Shown: piece by piece, positions 8,771 through 16,984 of the stretch
How the letters are laid out: every line of letters starts with the position of its first letter
Numbering within the stretch: position 1 is the stretch's first letter
Assembly: GCA_044223005.1 (NCBI GenBank)
Contig: JBGAML010000005.1
Location: 32,001 to 96,000, forward strand
DNA length: 64,000 nucleotides
Direction: 5' to 3'
From: Candidatus Eiseniibacteriota bacterium
Lineage (GTDB): Bacteria > Eisenbacteria > RBG-16-71-46
Translations under genes and position numbers: made by a program
Notes under the pieces: model-generated
The model's database searches: none
What the model saw: the letters and a program-made list of their open reading frames with translations, nothing else
What the model was told of the DNA's origin: nothing

Positions 8771-9913
8771 ATGCAGGCCGAGACGATCCCCGCGGGCGAT
8801 TCGCCTGCGACGGTGGTCCATGCGGATGGCGAGGTCGTCCTCTACCGGCTGGACGACGTCGGGTACGAGATCGACCTCGATCGCGTGTTCGCGTTGCTGG
8901 GCGACCGCGCCCCCGAGCGCGCCCGCCCGGTGCGCGGCGAGGCCCAGGCGATCCAGATTCCCAATCCGCCCGTGACCGTCGCGCTGGGCCGGGCCCGGAT
9001 CGAGGTGGTCGGCGCTCCGGTCGAGGCCGAGTTCTCCGCCCGCATCTTCGACTTCGGAGTGGCGTCGCTGCGCGCGCGGATCGCGGCCCCGGCCGGGCTG
9101 GCGTGGAAGGAGTTCGCGACATGGGCGAACGCCTGCGCCGCCTCGCCGGCCTGGCGGGAGGCCTTCGCGCGCGAGCGCGAGGACCTCAAGAGCCGGATCG
9201 CGCCCGCGATCCTGCGGGCCGGGGACGCGCCCGTGAGCGAGGACTACACCGTCTTCCGGGTCCATGGCCTCCGCGACGGGGAGGGGCGCGCCCTGCGCGC
9301 ATCGGCGCTGCGCGACGAGGATCTCGCGTTGCTGCTGGCGGGCGAATCGCGGCCGCTCTCGGCGACCGCCCGGCGCGATCTCCTCGCCCAGCGCTTCAGC
9401 TACTTCGAGGACGACCTCGCCGTGCTGACGTGGAACGCGGCGCTCGTCGTCGAGCCGGTTCGCGAGGATCACGACGTGCAGTACGTCCTCGAGTTCGCGA
9501 ACGCCCAGCTGCTCGAACTGCGCTACTACGATGCGCTGCTGGACCGCGAACTGCCGCGCATCTACGACCGCATCGAAGAGGCCCGGCACGGGTTCCACCT
9601 GCTCGGCCGGCGCTTCAGCCGGCTGCTCGGCGTGCTGCAGACCCGCGTCGCCGAAGCCACCGAGCTCGTGGAGCGGACGGAGAACGCCATCAAGATGACC
9701 GACGACGTCTTCCTCGCACGGATCTACGCGGCGGCGCTCGAGATCTTCCGCGGCCGGACGTGGCGGCTCGGGATCGACGGCAAGCTCGCGATCGTGCGCG
9801 ACTCGTACTCGATGCTCAACGCGGAGTCGCAGGCGCGGCGGTCCGAAGTGCTCGAAGTGGTGATCGTCCTGCTGATCCTCTTCGAGATCGTCCTGGCGTT
9901 CGTGCGGCACTGA
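8771..9913 (+). CDS. Conserved protein, RMD1/DUF155-like, with C-terminal TM helix
   Basis: GGAGG RBS; FANAQLLELRYYD; C-terminal SEVLEVVIVLLILFEIV. Confidence 0.65.
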   Translation: MQAETIPAGDSPATVVHADGEVVLYRLDDVGYEIDLDRVFALLGDRAPERARPVRGEAQAIQIPNPPVTVALGRARIEVVGAPVEAEFSARIFDFGVASLRARIAAPAGLAWKEFATWANACAASPAWREAFAREREDLKSRIAPAILRAGDAPVSEDYTVFRVHGLRDGEGRALRASALRDEDLALLLAGESRPLSATARRDLLAQRFSYFEDDLAVLTWNAALVVEPVREDHDVQYVLEFANAQLLELRYYDALLDRELPRIYDRIEEARHGFHLLGRRFSRLLGVLQTRVAEATELVERTENAIKMTDDVFLARIYAAALEIFRGRTWRLGIDGKLAIVRDSYSMLNAESQARRSEVLEVVIVLLILFEIVLAFVRH

Positions 9914-9971
9914 CGGCCCCGGCGCGGCGCAGGGACGGTCCCCCAACCGTCCCGCGCGCGCATCCGGTGCT

Positions 9972-10562
9972 TCAGCGGTACTGCTGCTTCAGGCTGCCCC
10001 AGGTCGTGGTGCGCGTCGGTGTCGCGGCGTCGACCACGATCGTCCCCGTCATGTTGGACAGCGAGCCGTGGAACAGGCAGTGGAAGGGATACGTGCCGGC
10101 GTCCGGGAAGTCGATCGTGACGACCTTGTGGTTGATGTCGATCGGCGCGTCGAAGATCAGGCCCGAGTCGGGGTCCTCGTTCGTTCCGCTGCTGGCGGTG
10201 TGGATGCCCGACACCCACTGGAACTGCACGCTCTGGCCCTGCAGGATGTGCACTTCGTCCACCTGCGTGCCGGCGTTGTTGTCCGCGTCGAAGCGGAAGT
10301 CGGTCACCTTGTAGACCGCACCGACGACCGCGGTGGCACGGGACGACGCGGGGCCGTGCGCCGGCATCGCGCGATAGTGGGCCTCGGACAGCACGAGGCG
10401 CTCCTCGTCGCTCGGCGCGGAGGTCGAAGTGCAGACCATCGCCGAGCGCGGGGGACCCGCCCAGCCGGCGCCGAGCGCGGCGGCCGCAGCCAGTGCGACC
10501 AGGAAGAACGACCCAAGGGCGACGACCTGGCGGCGATTCGGAAGCGGTGGAGCCTGGAACAT
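9972..10562 (-). CDS. Secreted cupredoxin (plastocyanin-like type-1 copper) with TWGxLKxxYR tail
   Basis: GGAGG RBS; signal-like N-terminus; His in GIHTAS and C-x2-H-x5-M in GTYPFHCLFHGSLSNMTG; ends TTTWGSLKQQYR. Confidence 0.85.
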   Translation of the reverse strand: MFQAPPLPNRRQVVALGSFFLVALAAAAALGAGWAGPPRSAMVCTSTSAPSDEERLVLSEAHYRAMPAHGPASSRATAVVGAVYKVTDFRFDADNNAGTQVDEVHILQGQSVQFQWVSGIHTASSGTNEDPDSGLIFDAPIDINHKVVTIDFPDAGTYPFHCLFHGSLSNMTGTIVVDAATPTRTTTWGSLKQQYR

Positions 10563-10709
10563 GGTCCCCTCCTCGTGGTGGAACGACGGTGATCACCCAC
10601 TACGAGGAAGTCCCGTGAATGTGAACCAGGAGCCGCCGGAAAGCGGCGGGGATGCGTGTGTAAACTCATATCATCTGGAGGTGGTCGGCGGAGCCAACCG
10701 CCCGGGGTG

Positions 10710-11813
10710 TCAGCGCAGGGCCGGAATCGAGTCGTCGAGGGGACCCGCCTCCTCCGCCAGCATCCGCGCCACGACCCACCGGCCGAGGTAGAGCTCGAAT
10801 GCCCCTACCCGCGAAGCGTCGCCTCCGAGGATCGCGTCCCGCAGTCGCAGCACCTCCGGATCGGCGAGGGCCGCCGCGAGCGTCGCATCCTCGGAATCAC
10901 CGTGCTGGCGCGAGGCTCGGACCACCTCGCGCTCGCGACGGAGCAGCGCCAGCGTCGCGCGCAGAAGTCCCGGGCCGTACAGCGGGGCGCCGTGCCCGGG
11001 CACGATCGTGGCCGCACCGAGCGCGTCGATCCATTCCAGCGTTCGCATCCAGCCGGCCGGGTAGCAGAAGAGCCCGAACGTCACCGGGTTCACGAGCAGG
11101 TCGCCGGTGACCACGATCCGTTGCTGCGGCAGCCACAGGAAGGCGTCGCCGGGCGTGATGGCACGGTCGACGTGGAGCACGTGGATTTCGCGCTCGCCCA
11201 TGTGGATCACGAGGGAATCGGTGAACGTCACCGTCGCCAGGACGTGCCGGGCCTCGCGCTTCTGGGCGAGGAACGCCCGGTCCCGCGCCGCATGGTTCCG
11301 GAGTGACTCGATGCGCGCCGGGGCCGAGCCCGAATCGCGCGCCGCCGCGAGCGCCGCTTCCACGGCGGCGACGTGATCGGGCAGGTCGTGATCGAGCCCC
11401 GGTTGATTGAACTCGATCGCGGGACCCGCCATGAGGCGCCGGGTCGCCTCTTGGCTGACGATCTCCAGCCCGGGAAACGCCCGGACGTATTCCTGCGCGC
11501 CGTACCAGTGATCCCAGTGCCAGTGCGAATACACGAGCCAGCGCACGGGTTGCGGCGTGATCCGCCGCAACTGGGCGATCACCTCGCGGGCGACCACGGG
11601 CGTGCCGTTCGCGTCGAACACGAGTACGCCGGCATTCGAGACGATCGCCACGGCGTTGCCGTCGAACCCCACGTCGCCGTACGGCTCGGTGCGGAACAGG
11701 TGGATGCCGGGTGCGATCTCGGAATGCACCGGGATGGGAAGAGGCGACGCGTGCGCGACGGGAGAGAAGAGCACACCGGCCACGAGCAGGATGAGCTTCG
11801 GTCTTGCGGACAT
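10710..11813 (-). CDS. Exported MBL-fold metallo-hydrolase
   Basis: GGAGGA RBS; signal peptide MSARPKLILL..AHA; motifs SHWHWDH, TGDLL, VPGHG. Confidence 0.85.
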   Translation of the reverse strand: MSARPKLILLVAGVLFSPVAHASPLPIPVHSEIAPGIHLFRTEPYGDVGFDGNAVAIVSNAGVLVFDANGTPVVAREVIAQLRRITPQPVRWLVYSHWHWDHWYGAQEYVRAFPGLEIVSQEATRRLMAGPAIEFNQPGLDHDLPDHVAAVEAALAAARDSGSAPARIESLRNHAARDRAFLAQKREARHVLATVTFTDSLVIHMGEREIHVLHVDRAITPGDAFLWLPQQRIVVTGDLLVNPVTFGLFCYPAGWMRTLEWIDALGAATIVPGHGAPLYGPGLLRATLALLRREREVVRASRQHGDSEDATLAAALADPEVLRLRDAILGGDASRVGAFELYLGRWVVARMLAEEAGPLDDSIPALR

Positions 11814-12017
11814 GTCTCCTCCACGAACCCGATCGGGCGGCCCGCCTCGCAGGCCGGAGACCGGGAGTGTGGCGGATCGCGGCCGCACGGGCGCGGGCGC
11901 GGCGACGGGCGCGGTGTCGCCGTTCCGGGCGCGGGGGATCCGTGGCCCCGTGCCGCGCGTCCGGCAGGGTATGATGGCCGGCGCGAGCACCTTTCCCCGG
12001 CTCGCCGGAAGTGCGCC

Positions 12018-12044
12018 TGCAACTCGTTGCGGGCGTGGCGCGTC
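12018..12044 (+). promoter_or_regulatory. Putative ECF-sigma autoregulatory promoter
   Basis: TGCAAC-N17-CGTC, 60 nt upstream of the ECF start. This fits the generic ECF -35 AAC / -10 CGT pattern. Confidence 0.6.
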
Positions 12045-12103
12045 CGAGGACGGTCCGCCGGGGCGCTAACGAACGAACCCGGGATCCTGTCTTGGATCAG
12101 GAA

Positions 12104-12676
12104 ATGGATGACGCCGGAGCCGTCCGGGACGCCGATCTGGTCGCCGCGGTTCGCTGCGGGGATCGCGCGGCGGCGGACGCCCTCGTACGCCGTCATTTCC
12201 GTGCGGCATGGGCCGTGGCTCTCGCGCTGCTCGGCAACGCGGCGGACGCCGAGGACGTCTGCCAGGACGCGTTCGTCCGGGCGCTGGAGCGCATCGACGA
12301 TTGCCGGCAGCCGGACCGCTTCGTCTACTGGCTGCTGCAGATCGTGCGGAATCGCGCGCACAATGCCCGCGACTACCGCCGGGTGCGCAGCGGCCCCTCG
12401 GTCGAGGACGTGTCCGTCGCGGCGCCCGGCGACGCCGCGCGCGGCACGGAGCGGCGCGAACTCGGGGACCGGCTGCTCGCCGCACTGGCGAGGCTGACGC
12501 CGGAGCAGCGGGAAGTGCTGGTGTTGAAGGATCTCGAGGACTGGGACCATCGCGCGATCGCCCGCGCGCTGGGGATTTCGGAAGGGATGTCCCGGCAGCA
12601 CCTCTTCGCGGCGCGCCGGGCGCTGCGCGGATGGCTGGGCCCTGCGGCACTGGAGGATCACCTGCATGACCGATGA
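12104..12676 (+). CDS. ECF RNA polymerase sigma-70 factor
   Basis: Region 2 (DAEDVCQDAFVRA, WLLQIVRN) and region 4 (LTPEQREVLVL..IARALGISEGMSRQHLFAARRAL). Confidence 0.92.
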   Translation: MDDAGAVRDADLVAAVRCGDRAAADALVRRHFRAAWAVALALLGNAADAEDVCQDAFVRALERIDDCRQPDRFVYWLLQIVRNRAHNARDYRRVRSGPSVEDVSVAAPGDAARGTERRELGDRLLAALARLTPEQREVLVLKDLEDWDHRAIARALGISEGMSRQHLFAARRALRGWLGPAALEDHLHDR

Positions 12677-13043
12677 GACGCGTGTGAACCTCTCCGCGCT
12701 GCGCGCGGACGATGCCGCGCTCGAACGCACGGCCGCGAACGTGGCCGCGCGCATCGCGCCCACGCTGCGGCGGCGGCGCGAGCGCGTACCGCTGCTCTGG
12801 CTCGGCGTCGCCGAATGGCGCCGGCCCGTGCTCGCGGCGGCGGCGCTCGTGGTGATCGCATCGGCGCTCGTGATCCTGCGGCCGGAGCCGCGTACGGCCG
12901 CCTTCGCCTCTGCGTCGGTCGCCCGCGCGGCGTCGACGACGCTTGCCGAGGCCGCGGGAGTTCCCGCGCCGGTGGCGAGCTACCTCGAAGTCGGCACGGC
13001 GCCGTCCGGCGACGCCCTGCTCGGACTGCAGGAGGCGCCATGA
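12666..13043 (+). CDS. Putative membrane anti-sigma factor
   Basis: Overlaps the ECF stop; GGAGG RBS; single TM (PVLAAAALVVIASALVIL). Confidence 0.65.
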   Translation: MTDETRVNLSALRADDAALERTAANVAARIAPTLRRRRERVPLLWLGVAEWRRPVLAAAALVVIASALVILRPEPRTAAFASASVARAASTTLAEAAGVPAPVASYLEVGTAPSGDALLGLQEAP

Positions 13044-13609
13044 ACGACGGACTCGAATACCTCGGCCGCGCGCGCATGCAGGGGGTGACGCTGCTGGTGC
13101 TCGCGTTCCTCGTCGGTGTGCTCGCGGGCGTGGCCGGCGACCAGTTGTTGGGACGGCCGCACCGGCCGCCCGTCGACGGTGGCCCGGGACCGGGCCCGCG
13201 CTCCGGCCCGCCCGGCATGCGCGAGGGCCCGCGGCTGCCGCGCGTTCTCGAGGAGATGGACCTGAGCGAGTCGCAGCGCGGAGCGATCGACTCGATTCTC
13301 GCATCGGGCCGCCCGCGCAACGACGCGATCATGCGCGACGTGCTGCCGCGGCTGCAGGCCGTCTCCGATTCGCTGCGCCAGGCGATCCGCGCGGTACTCA
13401 CGCCGGCGCAGGCCGCGCAGTTCGATCGCTACGTGCAGGAGCATCCCGCCCGCGGCTTCGGCGGCCCGACCGACCGGCTCGGTCCCGGCGGTCCCGAGGG
13501 CGGCCCACCGGATCGCGGGCCGCGCGGCTTCCGGCCGCCCCTCCCGCCGCCGGACGGCGGCCCGCCCGGGCGGCGTGGCCCGCCACCGCCTCCGGGCGAG
13601 GAGCGCTGA
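13040..13609 (+). CDS. Spy/CpxP / heavy-metal-sensor-like periplasmic protein with Pro/Gly-rich arms
   Basis: ATGA overlap; N-terminal TM; LSESQ..LTPAQ (LTxxQ) motifs; low-complexity PPG tail. Confidence 0.7.
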   Translation: MNDGLEYLGRARMQGVTLLVLAFLVGVLAGVAGDQLLGRPHRPPVDGGPGPGPRSGPPGMREGPRLPRVLEEMDLSESQRGAIDSILASGRPRNDAIMRDVLPRLQAVSDSLRQAIRAVLTPAQAAQFDRYVQEHPARGFGGPTDRLGPGGPEGGPPDRGPRGFRPPLPPPDGGPPGRRGPPPPPGEER

Positions 13610-13623
13610 AGGCCGTCGCGCCT

Positions 13624-13659
13624 GCGCCGACGAGGGAGGATCACCTCCTTCGCCGGCGT
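13624..13659 (+). terminator. Hairpin ending the ECF operon
   Basis: GCGCCGACGAGGGAGG-ATCA-CCTCCTTCGCCGGCGT. Confidence 0.5.
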
Positions 13660-13798
13660 CTTCGTTCCGGCGGGATTTGCCGGTCGCGAGGAAGGAGTGG
13701 TCGGTCGGGCGCCGCGCATGCGCACGTCCACGCGGGCCTCGCGCGCGCAAAACCCCGCGCATGCAAGGCTTCGCGACGCGAGATGGCGCCCGTGCGGG

Positions 13799-13814
13799 TG
13801 GCACCGCTCTTGCG
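13799..13814 (+). promoter_or_regulatory. Sigma54 (-24/-12) promoter
   Basis: TGGCAC-CGCTC-TTGC is an exact consensus match with GG-N10-GC spacing, about 37 nt before ATG 13851. Confidence 0.8.
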
Positions 13815-13850
13815 ATTCCGCAGTGGTTCTCATTCCCACAGGAGACGCGC

Positions 13851-14501
13851 ATGCTGACCATCGTGCCGGCCGGAGGCCGGGCCGAACGTTTCGACGGCAT
13901 CTACAAGGAGCTGTTGCCGATCGGCAAGAGCGAGTTCCTGCTGAGCGACGCGATCCGGCGCGGCCACGAGCTGGGCTCGGAACGCGCGCTGGTGATCTCC
14001 AACGCCGAGAAGCTGCCCACGCACGCGCGCTTCCTCGCGCGGCACGCCGCCGGCTACGACGTGAACCTCGTCGTCCGTGCCGAGGCCGACGACCATCTCT
14101 GGGCGGCGCTTCGCCGCCAGATCCCCGTCAGCGACGCCTGCCTGCTCGTGCTTCCCGACACCACGTGGAGCACGCGTGCTGCGATCCCCGCGGGCGTCGA
14201 CCTGGCGTTCGGAACCTTCGACACCGACGAACCGCATCGCTTCAGCCTCGTCCATGACGGCCGCATCCTGACCAAGCCGCAGGGCCTTTCGGGGACGTGG
14301 AGCGCCTGGGGCTGCGTCTACTGGAGCGCGGAAGTCGCGCGCTTCTGGGAGCGCGAGCAGCGCCGCAGCGGCGAGTACGCGGAGTACGACCGGGCGTTCG
14401 AGGCCGCGATGCGCGAGTTCACGTGGGGCACGTTCCCGATCGAGGACTACTGCGATCTCGGGCACTGGGACGCGTACGTGGACTACCTGAGGGCCGCATG
14501 A
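13851..14501 (+). CDS. Sugar-phosphate nucleotidyltransferase-like protein (GT-A fold)
   Basis: AGGAG RBS; IVPAGGRAERF..YKELLPIG; LVLPDT; DLGHWDAY. Confidence 0.8.
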   Translation: MLTIVPAGGRAERFDGIYKELLPIGKSEFLLSDAIRRGHELGSERALVISNAEKLPTHARFLARHAAGYDVNLVVRAEADDHLWAALRRQIPVSDACLLVLPDTTWSTRAAIPAGVDLAFGTFDTDEPHRFSLVHDGRILTKPQGLSGTWSAWGCVYWSAEVARFWEREQRRSGEYAEYDRAFEAAMREFTWGTFPIEDYCDLGHWDAYVDYLRAA

Positions 14502-15175
14502 ACATCCGGTACTGCCTTCCGACCTTCAACCAGCCGCTGCTCCTGCGGCGCTCGGTCGAAGCCGCGCTCGCGAGCGACGTGCCGCTCGCCGGCGTGACGG
14601 TCGTGGACCTGAGCCCGCGCCACTACGCGGCCGACATGCTCGAGGACCTCGAGAACGTGAACGTGATCACGATGCCCGAGAACATCGGGCTCGGGGCGAC
14701 GTGGAACCTCTTCTACGCGCTCTATCCGGACTGGATCGTGATCGGGAACGACGACGTGATCGTGCAACCCGACACGCTGCGGATCATGGCCGAGACCGCG
14801 GCGGCCTCGAAGGAGGCGCTCTTCTTCGGCTTCAAGGACAAGTTCTCGTTCTTCCTGCTCAAGAAGGACGCCTACCTGCAGGCCGGACCGTTCGACCCGG
14901 CGTTCTGGCCCATCTACTGGGAAGACGTCTGCATGGGCTACCGGCTGCAACTGCTCGGCTACACACCCGTCGAGGTCGCCGCGGCCCGGTTCGAGCACGA
15001 ACACAGCCGGTCGATGAAGTCGCTCGACACGGCCGCCACGGACCTGTTCTGGAAGCGCTTCAAGCGCAACCAGGCCTACTACGAGGACAAGTGGGGCGGC
15101 ACGCGCGGCGAGGAGAAGTACCGGCTCCCGTTCGACGGCCAGCCGCGCCGCGTGCCACCGTTCATCGAGGCCTGA
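14498..15175 (+). CDS. Glycosyltransferase family 2
   Basis: ATGA overlap; ENIGLGATWN, IGNDD (DXD-like), GPFDPAFWPIYWED, YYEDKWG. Confidence 0.85.
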   Translation: MNIRYCLPTFNQPLLLRRSVEAALASDVPLAGVTVVDLSPRHYAADMLEDLENVNVITMPENIGLGATWNLFYALYPDWIVIGNDDVIVQPDTLRIMAETAAASKEALFFGFKDKFSFFLLKKDAYLQAGPFDPAFWPIYWEDVCMGYRLQLLGYTPVEVAAARFEHEHSRSMKSLDTAATDLFWKRFKRNQAYYEDKWGGTRGEEKYRLPFDGQPRRVPPFIEA

Positions 15176-15179
15176 GACG

Positions 15180-15214
15180 CGAACGCGGGCACCGTTGGCC
15201 GGCGCCCGCGTTCG
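15180..15214. terminator. Bidirectional hairpin between convergent genes
   Basis: CGAACGCGGGCACC...GGCGCCCGCGTTCG. Confidence 0.55.
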
Positions 15215-15235
15215 TCGCGTTCCGTCTCCCGAACC

Positions 15236-16525
15236 TCAGGCCGCCGCCTTCGCCTCCTGCGGCGTCATCCGCTCCAGCAGCGCGCCGGCCACGCCCGCGA
15301 TCGGGCCGTACCAGTTGCCCGGCGAGAGCTGCGCGCAGATCGTGACGCCCTCGTACCACGAGCGCCAGCGCCAGTTCGGGTTCGGCGGCGTCATCACGCA
15401 CGTCGGCACGCCCATCGCCGCGGCCAGATTGGCCACCGCGGAGTCGGTCGTGACGACCATGTCCAGCTGCGCGAGCTCGCGCGCCGTGTCGAGGAAGTCC
15501 CGCGCGCCCGCGAGCGGCGTCTCGAGGCCGTACCGTTCGGCTTCGGCCTCGCGCGTGCCGCGATGGAGCGACACCCAGTCGATCTCCTCGATCGAGAGCA
15601 GCGGCGCGAAGTCGTCGAGCGAACCCGAGCAGGTCGCGTCGTGTGCGTGTGCCGGATCGCCGGCCCAGTTGATCCCGATGCGCGCCCGGCCTTCCGGCGA
15701 ACCGGGCGCGTCGACGGAGATCCACGGCCGGGTCGGGACGTCGGCGAGGTGCTTGATCCCGAGCAGGAGCGGCAGGCTCATGACCGGCGCCCAGAGGTCG
15801 CAACGTGTGCCCCCGGGATCGGCGACGACCTCCAGGCGTTCGTCGATCGACGCGACGAGCCGGACAAGCGGCTCCGGCACCTGCACGACGACCTTCGCGA
15901 ACCGGTCGGCGAGCGCGGGGAAAAAGCGGCTCATGAGGATCACGTCGCCGAGATGATCCTCGGCGAGCACGCGCAGCGACGCCTCCGGGCGTGCGTCGCC
16001 CTTCCACGGCTTGCCGGCCGCGGCGGCGGCGTTCCGGCCGCGCTTGCGCCGGGCCTCCAGCAGGGGGAGCCCGACGGCGAGATCGTCGGCCTCGAGCAGC
16101 AGGTGCCCGAGATGGTAGAGCGCGAGCGGATCGGGCGCGGCCTCCTCGAACGCGCGGCGCGCTTCGGCCGGCCGGCCCATCGCCTGGTGCGCGAGACCCA
16201 TGTGCACGCGCGCGAGGCTGTCGTCGGGGGCTTCGGCGAGCGCCCGCCGGCAGGCCTCGATCGCGAGTTCGTGATCACCGGCACGATTGCAGACGATGGC
16301 GAAGTTGACGTAGGCCTCGGGGTAGGGCGTCCGCAGCTGGATCGCCTTGCGGAAGGACGCCAGCGCCTCGGCGTACTCCTGCCGCGCGACATGCACCAGG
16401 CCGAGCAGGTTGTGCGCGATCGCCTCGTTCGGTGCCTCGGCGAGCAGCGAGCGGATCTCGCACTCGGCCGCCGTGAGGTCGTTGCGGGAAAGCAGCTGGG
16501 TCGCGCGTTCGACACGCTCCTGCAT
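15236..16525 (-). CDS. TPR-repeat protein fused to a GT9/GT-B-like glycosyltransferase domain
   Basis: N-terminal TPRs (AHNLLGLV, EAYVNFA), then WKG..LAEDHLGDVI, MSLPLLLG, IGINWAG, DFLDTA..LDMVVTTDSAVANLAAAMG, WRW. Confidence 0.82.
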   Translation of the reverse strand: MQERVERATQLLSRNDLTAAECEIRSLLAEAPNEAIAHNLLGLVHVARQEYAEALASFRKAIQLRTPYPEAYVNFAIVCNRAGDHELAIEACRRALAEAPDDSLARVHMGLAHQAMGRPAEARRAFEEAAPDPLALYHLGHLLLEADDLAVGLPLLEARRKRGRNAAAAAGKPWKGDARPEASLRVLAEDHLGDVILMSRFFPALADRFAKVVVQVPEPLVRLVASIDERLEVVADPGGTRCDLWAPVMSLPLLLGIKHLADVPTRPWISVDAPGSPEGRARIGINWAGDPAHAHDATCSGSLDDFAPLLSIEEIDWVSLHRGTREAEAERYGLETPLAGARDFLDTARELAQLDMVVTTDSAVANLAAAMGVPTCVMTPPNPNWRWRSWYEGVTICAQLSPGNWYGPIAGVAGALLERMTPQEAKAAA

Positions 16526-16984
16526 GTCGGTCCACCTTCCTGGCGGAACGGGCCGCCCGAGAACGGAATCACCACGTTCGAGGGGATGGCCATGCGCACG
16601 CCCGGAGGCGCGGGAGCGGAGACCACGTCCCGCGGGCCGCGCAGCCACGCCGGGCAGGTTTCCGTACGCCCGCGTTTTCGGCGTGCTGCGCCCGGATCTG
16701 CAGGGAGTTTCGCCTTTCGGCCGAGGTCGCCGGGTCGCCGGCTTGCACCGCCACTGGAGGTGAGCGTCGTAACGCGCTGGTGGAACGGCCGATCGCGGCT
16801 CGCCCGCCGGCCGGCACCCGGGCCGCTGGCGACCGGCGGGGCGCGCGAGCCGGGAGGCGGCCCGGAAGACGACGCTTGTTCGCACAAACATTTCCGGGAC
16901 GCCGGCTGTCTTGGCCTGCACGACGCCCCGGTTCCGCGCGCCGCGGGGCCGATCGCCATGCTCGCACCCGGTTGGGAGGGATCC

